Origin: a virus
Direction: 5' to 3' (one strand)
IMG/VR virus record: IMGVR_UViG_3300044713_000194
Span: 43,637-107,636 of that record
Length of the DNA: 64,000 nucleotides
The position numbers and the translations under genes were made by a program. Numbering within the stretch: the stretch's first letter is position 1; every line of letters begins with the position of its first letter. Below are positions 28,192 through 36,532 of the stretch, piece after piece. The notes beneath the pieces were generated by a model, which was given only the letters and a program-made list of their open reading frames with translations, had not been told where the DNA came from and made no database searches.

Positions 28192-29022
28192 TTACAGTAA
28201 CACGAGCGCGGTCCCGCACTCGGCGCAGAACTTATTTGTGGCCTTATTAACGCGTCCGCAGGTTGAACACTTCGGCTTGCGGTTCACAGTCACAGCCCGC
28301 TGGACGGGCTGCTCGCCGACGCGCCCGCGAAGCCTCAGTACGATCGTGTGGCTCTGTGACTCGGTCGGGAACCAATCGCCGTTCACGAACACCTGATCGC
28401 TCTCGCTACCGGGCACCGTGATCCCCGCTTCGTTTACGGATGCCTCATTCATATTGAACGAGACGGGAGCCGTCACATCGACGCTAGAGGTATTGCAGAA
28501 AGAGACGGGAGCCAGGCCGCCTATAAGAGGCCCCTGTGTTCCGCCTTGAACGTTCCCGGACCATACGGGCTGGGAGCCGAGATGGACGCGCGGCCATTCC
28601 CAGTAGGGCCGATAGTAATCGTGGTTGTGGTAATGATGATGTTCAACGATCGACCGAGATTCTCCCTGCGGGATCTCAAAGCGGTACTCGACGCGAATCA
28701 AACCGTCCTCGGCCTTGATGCCGCGATGGTTCTCGATGCCCTCGGTCCGCTCGATGAACTTGAAACTATTGCCGGTCTTCAAGTTTCCGTTGCGAATAAA
28801 CCGCTGGAGGTCGATTTCGCCGTTGGCCGGAACAATCAATCCGGTGCCGTCCGTCGTATCGGTCCCATCTATCCAAACCTGGGCGATAGCACGGACGGAG
28901 TTGAGGTTCTTCAAAAGAACGGTGTAGGCGGAGCCGAATGGGAGAGTGACTGTGTCGTCCTGCTCACGGAGGATCTGGCCCCCGGATTTTACGCACACGA
29001 CGAATCTGTTGCGATAGGTCAT
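28192..29022 (-). CDS. Hypothetical protein with C-terminal zinc ribbon
   Basis: 276 aa; CSTCG...FCAECG C-terminus. Confidence 0.7.
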   Translation of the reverse strand: MTYRNRFVVCVKSGGQILREQDDTVTLPFGSAYTVLLKNLNSVRAIAQVWIDGTDTTDGTGLIVPANGEIDLQRFIRNGNLKTGNSFKFIERTEGIENHRGIKAEDGLIRVEYRFEIPQGESRSIVEHHHYHNHDYYRPYWEWPRVHLGSQPVWSGNVQGGTQGPLIGGLAPVSFCNTSSVDVTAPVSFNMNEASVNEAGITVPGSESDQVFVNGDWFPTESQSHTIVLRLRGRVGEQPVQRAVTVNRKPKCSTCGRVNKATNKFCAECGTALVLL

Positions 29023-29179
29023 GATTTACCTTCTACGGCCCACCGGCTAAGGACCTGCGTTGCTGTTTTAAGCCGGTTAGATTAGGGACTGGCGTCCCTG
29101 TATAAGGGTCCGATAATCAGTTTCCGTTTTTACTTCCGCTTCTCCCGTTTCAAGCCGCTAAATGGGTCTGCCCGAAATA

Positions 29180-29255
29180 TGGAGCGAGCGATGGGACTCG
29201 AACCCACGACCAACAGCTTGGAAGGCTGAGACTCTAGCCGCTGAGTTACGCTCGC
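29180..29255 (-). tRNA. tRNA-Gly(TCC)
   Basis: Loop CT-TCC-AA, U73-CCA. Confidence 0.93.
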
Positions 29256-29518
29256 AGTTTTAACCTTGACACCGGAGGTCGAATATGACCGATCGCCCTA
29301 GACAAAGGGGGATGGAAGTAGCGCGTCACAGAAACCCCGTCTTGGGGAGGTTTGCTACAGACAATTGCAAGTGAAGTTGAAATCAAGTGGGGTTGACTTT
29401 GGACTCCTCGGCGGCGGCTTCATTACGCCTTCTCACGGCACAGGAGCGATCGCTTAAACCGAAGAAAAGCAGGACCAGAAGAACCAGTGCGAACTCCATT
29501 ACGATACCTCTAAGAAAA

Positions 29519-29595
29519 TGGTCGGCCCAGGTCGCATCGAACGACCAACCTCGGCCTTATCAAGACCGCGCTCTAGCCAATTGAGCTATGGGCCG
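29519..29595 (-). tRNA. tRNA-Ile(GAT)
   Basis: Loop TT-GAT-AA, CCA. Confidence 0.92.
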
Positions 29596-29598
29596 CAC

Positions 29599-30237
29599 TT
29601 AAACTCCACGCCGCGTCAGTAACCAAGACCGCTTCGACACTTTCACTCCGACAGGTTCGTTATCCGCACAACACGCGGGCTTGAAAACCGGGTGGCCGTG
29701 GTACTTACACCACTCCGTACGCCCCTCGGAGTCCGGTACGTCCAATTGCTGCTGTCCGTACTCGCAACGCTCACACGAGAACCCGAGCGGATTGTCCGTC
29801 GATCCGGCGCTGAGGCGCTCGTCTTTCCATCGTCCGCTGGGACAGCGCCTGCCTTCGGGGTCGCCTGTGTTGGGCTGCTCCCAAAAACCGCAGCTAAAAT
29901 TGTGCGGCTTATTGATTACCTTGGGATCGCGTAGGAGGCATTCATGGTTAAGAATGACGAACATGTTACATGAGGGAGAACTTCCGTTCTTCCGCCCGCC
30001 ACAAAGGTAGGCTCCCGTCTCGTCGTACGTGTTGGGGAGGCCGCACCGAGCATCCGCGTAGTTGGATGTCCGGACTCCACGCATGCGGAGCTTTGCAAAC
30101 ATGACCTCCTGGTCTTTGGTAAGCGCTCCCTTAGGCTTTGCGAAGAAACCATCCGCATCAAGCGGAGCGTCGAGGATGGGCCTGCCCTCGACCTGAGTTT
30201 GATCAGGCATAATCCGAGACTCCGTTGGACTCAGCAA
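29599..30237 (-). CDS. Cys-rich hypothetical protein
   Basis: 212 aa with many Cys; start may be ~30210. Confidence 0.6.
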   Translation of the reverse strand: MLSPTESRIMPDQTQVEGRPILDAPLDADGFFAKPKGALTKDQEVMFAKLRMRGVRTSNYADARCGLPNTYDETGAYLCGGRKNGSSPSCNMFVILNHECLLRDPKVINKPHNFSCGFWEQPNTGDPEGRRCPSGRWKDERLSAGSTDNPLGFSCERCEYGQQQLDVPDSEGRTEWCKYHGHPVFKPACCADNEPVGVKVSKRSWLLTRRGV

Positions 30238-30284
30238 GAGTGCGAAAGCCTATTTGCACGCACTCCCTACATAGGCCTGAAAAG

Positions 30285-31080
30285 TTCAACGGCGCATCGC
30301 CGCCCTAACCACCGGCGACATCTACGCGCGAGAGTCAGATCGCTATCACCATCGACCTGCGCCCGGGCTCCGGAACGGGTACGTCTGATTCAGGCCGGGC
30401 TCTTTGCCAATTAGAAGACCTCACCGCCGCGTGCAATCTACCTGCTGTGGGCAAGCCGCATCTGCGGTAATTGAGGGAGGGATTCGAACCCTCATTCCCC
30501 GGCATCTCAATGTTTGCCCCCTGCGGCCACCCCTCGCGCAGGGTTACAGCCGTATTTGGTCAGGAGGTCTTTAGCGCGGATCATGGGGCGCTTCAACGGA
30601 CGAAGTCCTCGACCATCCCTCACGGCTCGACCGGGTATCTAATCCGGCCTACCCCTTTACGTTGCGCCTTACCGCCGTGGCCGCATCGCGCTGCTCCACG
30701 GTTCTCTTATGGGGCCGGTAGCCCGTTTCCGCTCTAATGCACCTGCGTGCGGCTGGGAGTCGAACCCAGCCAAGCTGCCGTTGCCCAGCCTGGTTGATGA
30801 CGATGCGCGGGTCGGGTCGGATTCGAACCGACGATCGGCGGTGGTGCCCACCGCTGCTTTAGTCCGCCTAAGCTACCGACCGCGCATCTTTCCGCCCGGT
30901 CCCATCGACCACGCGACTACCGTCTCTTGGCGTTTCGGACCCCACCCCCGGGGTCCAGACGGTGCCTGCTCGCTCGGAACCTTACCGGGCGGAAACCTAA
31001 ATGGGGTCTTTTATCCCTTACGGGTGTCGCTCAGAGCGCCTGCCGAAGCATAAAACTCCGCCACAACATTTTCCCCATAC
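30285..31080 (-). ncRNA. Candidate large (~800 nt) structured ncRNA, GOLLD-like in size and context, with an embedded tRNA-like element
   Basis: No credible CDS; many long stems (e.g. TTCCGCCCGGT/ACCGGGCGGAA, 30890-30994) and several T-loop-like hairpins; begins directly after tRNA-Val. Confidence 0.55.
30804..30886 (-). pseudogene. tRNA-like element with non-canonical anticodon loop and no CCA
   Basis: D-like arm and T arm GTCGG-TTCGAAT-CCGAC; anticodon arm GCGGTG-GGCAC-CACCGC. Confidence 0.6.
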
Positions 31081-31082
31081 CT

Positions 31083-31159
31083 TGGTGTGCAGTCTCGGGC
31101 TCGAACCGAGGGCCTCCTCTTTGTAAGAGAGGCGCTCTAACCAACTGAGCTAACCACAC
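31083..31159 (-). tRNA. tRNA-Val(TAC)
   Basis: CCTCT-CTTACAA-AGAGG arm, CCA. Confidence 0.93.
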
Positions 31160-31167
31160 ACATCGCG

Positions 31168-31272
31168 TTGGGTGACGAACCTCACCAGTTCCAGCTTCGA
31201 CGGGATCGAACCGCCTCCGTCCCTCGCGGGACTCTCGCCTGATGAGTACGACTGCCGCCGCTCATCACCCAA
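31168..31272 (-). ncRNA. tRNA-like domain on a long closing stem (Y-RNA-like architecture)
   Basis: 13-bp stem TTGGGTGATGAGC/GTTCGTCACCCAA encloses a D-like arm, a GCGA tetraloop hairpin and a T arm GCGG-TTCGATC-CCGT. Confidence 0.55.
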
Positions 31273-31310
31273 ATTCACACGGCCAAGATAACTACCATGG
31301 CCGTGTTAGT

Positions 31311-31469
31311 TCACCTCAACTTCGGACAGACCTCGTGGTAGTGGTCCTTCGACCCACAGTAGCTGCACTTACGCCTCGCCAGGTTGCCCTGCCCGTTCCA
31401 GGTCTTCGGACAGTGGTCCGTGTCGTGGCAATGACTGCCGCAGTAGGAACACCAAAGTCGCTTGGTCAT
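31311..31469 (-). CDS. 52-aa tandem CCHC zinc-knuckle protein (not in the ORF track)
   Basis: MTKRLWCSYCGSHCHDTDHCPKTWNGQGNLARRKCSYCGSKDHYHEVCPKLR; two CX2CX4HX4C motifs; ATGA overlap with the upstream ORF. Confidence 0.8.
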   Translation of the reverse strand: MTKRLWCSYCGSHCHDTDHCPKTWNGQGNLARRKCSYCGSKDHYHEVCPKLR

Positions 31470-31690
31470 TTGCGCACAATCACAAGTATGATGACGAGGA
31501 CTATTCCGGCCAGCAGTACCATGTCTATCATCCGCACACTCGGAAGCGCCGACGAATCCGAACTATGCAATTTGACTGACCGCTTTTTCGGTTGGTGTTG
31601 GGGGCAATAGTCCGAACCGAATGCCGACTTCTGCCAGCAGCGTCCTCGCCCGCTTCCCGTTCCGTAAATACAAGCTTTCATCGCAACCAC
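31466..31690 (-). CDS. Small protein with Cys/His motif and C-terminal TM helix
   Basis: ORF track; coupled to the zinc-knuckle gene. Confidence 0.55.
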   Translation of the reverse strand: MVAMKACIYGTGSGRGRCWQKSAFGSDYCPQHQPKKRSVKLHSSDSSALPSVRMIDMVLLAGIVLVIILVIVRK

Positions 31691-31691
31691 C

Positions 31692-31769
31692 TGGCACCCC
31701 GAGTAGGACTTGAACCTACGCCCTCTTCCTTCGGTGGGAAGTGCTCTGATCCGACTGAGCTACCGGGGC
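31692..31769 (-). tRNA. tRNA-Arg(CCG)
   Basis: CTTCC-CACCGAA-GGAAG arm (A33), CCA. Confidence 0.87.
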
Positions 31770-31836
31770 AAAATCAAAAACCTGAAATGACTACGATCCG
31801 AAATCGCGACAATTCAAAAGCCGAGTGAACCGTAGC

Positions 31837-32073
31837 CTATTTCTTCGCCTTCAACTCTGCCCGCATTGTCGCAGCATCTTTGGGCCACAACCATCTCTTA
31901 AAACTGGTCAATTTGCTCTCCGGGACGTGGGTGCGCTTGCAAGCGGCACAGCAGGCGATCACATTGAGAGCGTCCTCGGTCTCTACGGTGTAACCGTATG
32001 CCTGGGTATTCGGGCAGAAGTCGCACTTCACAGTCTTCTCCGAATATTTTTCTTCCAAAATCTGCTTCGCCAT
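31837..32073 (-). CDS. Small Cys-containing hypothetical protein
   Basis: AGGAG RBS; CxxC motifs. Confidence 0.6.
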   Translation of the reverse strand: MAKQILEEKYSEKTVKCDFCPNTQAYGYTVETEDALNVIACCAACKRTHVPESKLTSFKRWLWPKDAATMRAELKAKK

Positions 32074-32091
32074 ACTTCTCCTGCAACCTTA

Positions 32092-32168
32092 TGGTGTCCC
32101 CGGAGAGACTTGAACTCCCGACCTGTTGATTCGTAGTCAGCCGCTCTATCCAACTGAGCTACGAGGAC
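32092..32168 (-). tRNA. tRNA-Arg(ACG)
   Basis: Loop CT-ACG-AA, CCA. Confidence 0.93.
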
Positions 32169-32351
32169 ACGGCCATTTAGAAAAATCCGCCGATCGTCAG
32201 ATCGCCTGGATGCAAGCAGAGGCAATTGAGAACCGTCAACTCCTTCACGGTTAGTGGAGACTTCTTTTTCTCCGCGCTCGACCGAAGATCCGTGCAGACG
32301 ACCTCAACTAGCCTACTGAAGCAGTATGGGCATAGATCACCCGCTTTCAAT

Positions 32352-32804
32352 TCACCCATTTCGCGCCGCCTCCCTACCGCTGCCTGTGATAGCCCAAAGC
32401 GTGCGCGGACGACGGTGAAGATTGTCGATTCCCGCATCCACAATGAAACCCTTCTTGACAAGGGGCTCCATGCGCGGCGTGATCGATCCGTACCAGGTCT
32501 GCGTGCGTTCGGCGATAGCGTGACACGTGAGCGGCCTGTCGGCGGCCATAAGGCATTGCAAAACCACTTGCTCGGATTCGGCTACATTCATCCGGCTCGC
32601 GGCGATCTTTGAGGTTGCCCGATCCCCGTTACGCGCAAACGCCGCGCCAGGCCTTGGTGTACGGTAGCGTCGCGACGGATAGGCCGCGTCGAGAAGTTCC
32701 TCGGCTTTGACCGCGAAGCCTGGCGGGATCTCGTACCCCATCAGAAGCCTGACAAGCTCGCTGGCGACCGCGCGATTATCGGAGTGGCCGGACAAAACGC
32801 CCAT
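32352..32804 (-). CDS. Hypothetical protein with C-terminal winged-HTH-like region
   Basis: PLTCHAIAERT...SITPRMEPLVKKGFIVDAG. Confidence 0.6.
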   Translation of the reverse strand: MGVLSGHSDNRAVASELVRLLMGYEIPPGFAVKAEELLDAAYPSRRYRTPRPGAAFARNGDRATSKIAASRMNVAESEQVVLQCLMAADRPLTCHAIAERTQTWYGSITPRMEPLVKKGFIVDAGIDNLHRRPRTLWAITGSGREAARNG

Positions 32805-33348
32805 GAGGGTTAGTACTGTCCGGCGTTCCGTTTCCCGATTACTGCTTCGCTAAAGCCGCCTTATCGGCGTCGATATGCTTATCGATACATTCACCGCACC
32901 ACCAGGTGTCGGCCACGAGATCGTGATCGTTGCAGGGCTTGCCGCACTCGCAGCATTTGCCGTCCATCGGACAATCGCAGGTGCCATCCGGGCGGAAATG
33001 GTTCTTCAGTCGGCACATCGTCAATCCCCACTTCTAGTTGACCACTCCGGATTCGGGCCGGTGGCCTCTGATCTACGGACCGTCAATGATTCGCATCCAT
33101 GTGTTCTCCTAGAAGCTGGAGAACCAGGGCGGCATCGGTAAAGCGCCGATCAAGATTTGCCCGAAATTGGCATCCGGCCTCCTGGCACCTGTAAAATGAG
33201 CTTGTCTCGTCCACGTCGATGCGCCGCGCGGTGGTTGAGTACATGAACGGAGCCATCGAAAACCGCACTGTGTCCGGCCAACCTTCCAGTACGTTCACGG
33301 AACCTCCACTAAGAGGTAATACGCCGCGTCAGGGCGGAACTGAAATAT

Positions 33349-33427
33349 TGGAGGCCCCGGCGCGATTTGAACGCGCGACCTACCCGTTAGGACCGGGTTG
33401 CTCTTGTCCGGGCTGAGCTACAGGGCC
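33349..33427 (-). tRNA. tRNA-Arg(CCT)
   Basis: ACCCG-GTCCTAA-CGGGT arm (G32), CCA. Confidence 0.9.
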
Positions 33428-33762
33428 GGAATGTTGAAGAAGCCGGTGGCCATACTGAGCTTCATCGCGTCGGCGAGGGCGGATTTGATGGTACCTTCGA
33501 CCCGATCGACCTTACCGACACTCGCATCAAGCCTCTTGACACCCGGAAGAACCAGCGTCTTCATCAAGTTCGCGGCTGCATTGAAGTCATCGATACGAGA
33601 GGCCAGGTCCTGCTGGTCTAGCTGCGTAAGCAAGGTGTTTAGCCCGGTAACGAGCCCGGCAAGCACTCCTTTGGCATCGTCGGATGTGGCGGCGTCCCAA
33701 TACGCATCAGATGCGCTCTGAGCCGCCTTAGCAACCAAATTGCGTACGTCACTTTGCGTCAT
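33418..33762 (-). CDS. Hypothetical helical protein
   Basis: GAGGA RBS; stop codon lies inside the 5' end of tRNA-Arg(CCT). Confidence 0.65.
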   Translation of the reverse strand: MTQSDVRNLVAKAAQSASDAYWDAATSDDAKGVLAGLVTGLNTLLTQLDQQDLASRIDDFNAAANLMKTLVLPGVKRLDASVGKVDRVEGTIKSALADAMKLSMATGFFNIPAL

Positions 33763-34678
33763 GGTTCGTGTCCTCGGTTACGATCTTGTGATGCTCCGTG
33801 GCCAGTCGTTTCAGGCCATCAATCGTGTCGTTCAAGTCCGACTGCGACTTGTCGGCGGCGGCCTCGATCTGGAACAGTTTTAGGATCTCGGCCCGCTTTT
33901 CGACTGGATCGAGGTTTGGATTGTTGTGGATGAATTCAGATTGCTGCATCAGCAGTACGCGATAGTCTCCCTGGGATTGCACCCGGAGCGTATCCAGATC
34001 AGCTTCAAGTAACGAGCAGAGGTCCTGCACAATCGGGTCCGCTTCTTTCATCAGATTGGGCAGCCGCTTCTTCACCATGTGATGAATGAAGGGCTTCAAC
34101 GCCGAGTCCATGCCCGACATAATCGAGTTCACTTGCTGCGGCGTCATGATGACGCTATGGCTGTTCGTCAGGGTGCTGGTGGAGGTCGTCGTCTGAGTGG
34201 TGGTGTCGGTGAGCGTCGGGTTTACCTTGACTGCATTGCTCGATGTGGTAGTGTTGGTATTCGTAGTCGCGTTGCTGGCCATCTCCGTGCGGGCGGCAGC
34301 AGTTGTGATGCTTAAGGATTTTGTCTTCGCCTCGACTTCTACCGCCCGCTGATCGGTGGCAAGAGCATCGATCAGATCGATGTACTCCTTCAGCGCGGCA
34401 ATAGCCTCAATCCGGGGCTGCACGTCCTTCTCGGAAATGAAAGGAACCAGTTCGCCCGGGTGGTAGCCGCCTTGTGCATAGTGGCCAACCAGGACCGACT
34501 CCTCTTGGAGCGTGTGAATTTCGTTCGCCGATGTGTAGGCCGTTGATGCTCGGACAAGTGGAGGAGCGACATTGGCGGAGAATTCGGCCACCTGCCTGGC
34601 CCAAGGCCCGTATCCAGCACAACCGGTCAGAAAGAGTAGCAGACTTAGCAACGGCGCGAGCTTTGAGTTGACCCCCAT
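33749..34678 (-). CDS. Putative lipoprotein
   Basis: MGVNSKLAPLLSLLLFLTGC lipobox; GAGAGG RBS. Confidence 0.65.
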   Translation of the reverse strand: MGVNSKLAPLLSLLLFLTGCAGYGPWARQVAEFSANVAPPLVRASTAYTSANEIHTLQEESVLVGHYAQGGYHPGELVPFISEKDVQPRIEAIAALKEYIDLIDALATDQRAVEVEAKTKSLSITTAAARTEMASNATTNTNTTTSSNAVKVNPTLTDTTTQTTTSTSTLTNSHSVIMTPQQVNSIMSGMDSALKPFIHHMVKKRLPNLMKEADPIVQDLCSLLEADLDTLRVQSQGDYRVLLMQQSEFIHNNPNLDPVEKRAEILKLFQIEAAADKSQSDLNDTIDGLKRLATEHHKIVTEDTNHDAK

Positions 34679-34905
34679 CAAGCACCTCTCGCTATAAGCT
34701 AAATAGTCTGAGGGTCGAAAATCGCTAAGCCCTCGGAAGAAACCACCTCGGCTGCCCAAACAACTGGTGAGTGAGCGAATGCCGGGCCAGATCGCACAGC
34801 ATGCACTCCTCGCGATCCAGGCTGACCGGCTCGAACCGATGTCCCGCCAGCAGTGTGCACACCGGACGCAAAAACGTTCTCCACTTCATCGTTAACTCCT
34901 CGATT

Positions 34906-34982
34906 TGGTGCTCCAGATGGGATTCGAACCCATATCTCCGCCGTGAAAGGGCGGCCACCTAAACCATTAGTACGACTGGAGC
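34906..34982 (-). tRNA. tRNA-Glu(TTC)
   Basis: CCGCC-CTTTCAC-GGCGG arm, CCA. Confidence 0.92.
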
Positions 34983-35044
34983 GTCTTTAAAGCTGCAATT
35001 TTCTACGCTTGAGCCTCTTACAAACTGCTGTTTTTCAAAACCAG

Positions 35045-35121
35045 TGGAGGGCGCGGCAGGACTCGAACCCGCCTGATCCACCTACGGTTTCTCGTTTAGA
35101 AAACGAGACCGATACACGCCC
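35045..35121 (-). ncRNA. D-armless tRNA-like RNA with UCU loop and CCA end
   Basis: 7-bp acceptor stem, extended stem CTCGT-TTTCTAA-ACGAG, T arm, TCCA end; no D arm. Confidence 0.7.
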
Positions 35122-35146
35122 AACTTGACCGTATTCGCGAACAAAC

Positions 35147-35374
35147 CTATACGTACTTGAAGGTGCCCTTTTGTAGCATCTTAAGCGCCGATTCGAGCGC
35201 CTTCTCGCCGTTCGGCCTTTTGAGCCTCTGAATCGGCGTCAGTCCTGCAAACCTGTGCTTGGGTAGCTTGAGCCACCGCTGAGCCCGGAATCGGCTGCCG
35301 TGAACCTGGATCGCCAACTTCATTATCGAAGCGGGCACTTTTACCTGCGCGGGCTTGACCGTTTTCTGCCTCAT
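35147..35374 (-). CDS. Stand-alone Xre/MbcA/ParS-type antitoxin C-terminal domain
   Basis: AQRWLKLPKHRFAGLTPIQRL...G...LESAL pattern. Confidence 0.65.
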   Translation of the reverse strand: MRQKTVKPAQVKVPASIMKLAIQVHGSRFRAQRWLKLPKHRFAGLTPIQRLKRPNGEKALESALKMLQKGTFKYV

Positions 35375-35502
35375 GAATGGTAATACTGAGGCTTATGGTC
35401 AGTCCGGATTAAAAGCCTTTTATTTTTCGCCTGGAAGCTAGGCGGCCCAATAAACAGCGGTTGAACTTCAAGTGACTTCTCCCTCCATTGCAGAGGGTAT
35501 TT

Positions 35503-35862
35503 ATGACCGCCGCCGAACTGCTAGTCCAGAGCATTCGCAAAGCAACTCAGCTAGAGATGCAGACGGATGAAGACGTCTTTACCCCATTCATCGTCTTCTT
35601 CAATCCCGTCAGCGATGCATCTGAGGTTGTTTGCCTCGTCTATGAGAACGCCGAAGACCTCCTCGAAGACCTGAAAGAGGCTCTCCAAAAGAAATGGGAA
35701 CCGGTCGCCGTCGAACTATGCGAAGGCGAGGACGTCGAGAAGGATGACTTCCCGTGCCTCGGGTGGATGTATTTCAGCGATGATCCCAGCCTCGAACACC
35801 AGGCCATTATGGATAGTCTCCACGAGCCCGATGTCGCCGAGGACCATGTCTCCGAAGCGTAA
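35503..35862 (+). CDS. Acidic hypothetical protein
   Basis: GAGGG RBS; coding-like composition. Confidence 0.6.
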   Translation: MTAAELLVQSIRKATQLEMQTDEDVFTPFIVFFNPVSDASEVVCLVYENAEDLLEDLKEALQKKWEPVAVELCEGEDVEKDDFPCLGWMYFSDDPSLEHQAIMDSLHEPDVAEDHVSEA

Positions 35863-35863
35863 C

Positions 35864-35955
35864 TGGTGCGCCCGGCAGGATTCGAACCTGCGGCGGGAGT
35901 TTCCTCCGTCCGATTAAAAGTCGGGTCCCTGCTAACCAGACTCGGGTACGAGCGC
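35864..35955 (-). tRNA. tRNA-Lys(TTT) with long variable arm
   Basis: Loop CT-TTT-AA; variable hairpin GGAG-GAAA-CTCC; 92 nt; A73-CCA. Confidence 0.82.
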
Positions 35956-35963
35956 GTTAAAAC

Positions 35964-36038
35964 TGGTGGGCCGTCAGAGGATCGAACTCTGCTCTGAGGA
36001 TTAAGAGTCCCCTGCTTCGCCGACAAAGCTTACAGCCC
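35964..36038 (-). tRNA. tRNA-Lys(CTT)
   Basis: Loop CT-CTT-AA, CCA. Confidence 0.9.
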
Positions 36039-36135
36039 AAACTTGATGCGTTTTCACTGAAAACCCCGTTTTATATGGTGTCATAAAGTGCATCAAAACA
36101 CCCCGAAAACGGGGGTTTTGCTACAGAGAATGACA

Positions 36136-36212
36136 TGGTGGGCCTGGTGGTGATTCGAACCCACAGCCTTCCGATTATGAGTCGGCTGCTCTACCAATTG
36201 AGCTACAGGCCC
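36136..36212 (-). tRNA. tRNA-Ile2(CAT), lysidine type (inferred)
   Basis: CAT anticodon; GGGCCTG acceptor typical of Ile2; CCA. Confidence 0.78.
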
Positions 36213-36217
36213 AAATC

Positions 36218-36294
36218 TGGTGGCGGCGGAAGCAATCGAAGCTTCGACCTTGGGGTTATGAGTCCCACGCTCTGACCACCTGAGCTACGCCGCC
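36218..36294 (-). tRNA. tRNA-Met(CAT), elongator
   Basis: CAT anticodon; GGCGGCG acceptor; CCA. Confidence 0.85.
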
Positions 36295-36302
36295 ACGATG
36301 AT

Positions 36303-36532
36303 TGCTTCGACGAGCAGGGCTGGCAACCTGCATCTGCGGCTTCTGGATAGGTGGGCCGCTGACTTCCGTTAGGGGGTTGACACCGTGCCCCCATTCCGCT
36401 CCGCCGTTTCCGGAGTTAATCGATCATCGATCTTCGCGCACCCTTCAGATTATCCCCACTCTTGCAGGAACCAAGCCTGTCGGCCTGGCGGGATCGGCAC
36501 CACGGTTACCCGCTGCGCTTATATGCCGAACT
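36303..36532 (-). ncRNA. Candidate ~230-nt structured ncRNA
   Basis: Non-coding gap in the tRNA array; 5' TTCGGC can pair with 3' GTCGAA; T-arm-like GCAGG-TTGCCAGC-CCTGC near the 3' end. Confidence 0.4.

Noticed and set aside
31239-31246. CTGATGAG hammerhead-core-like sequence
   Set aside because: There is no properly placed GAAA or stem II/III. The opposite strand explains it as the D-like arm of a tRNA-like RNA.
35045-35121. Amber suppressor (CUA) reading of the TTTCTAA loop, or genome recoding
   Set aside because: Stem register centres UCU, not CUA. Genes in the window end normally at TAG, TAA and TGA with no sign of read-through.
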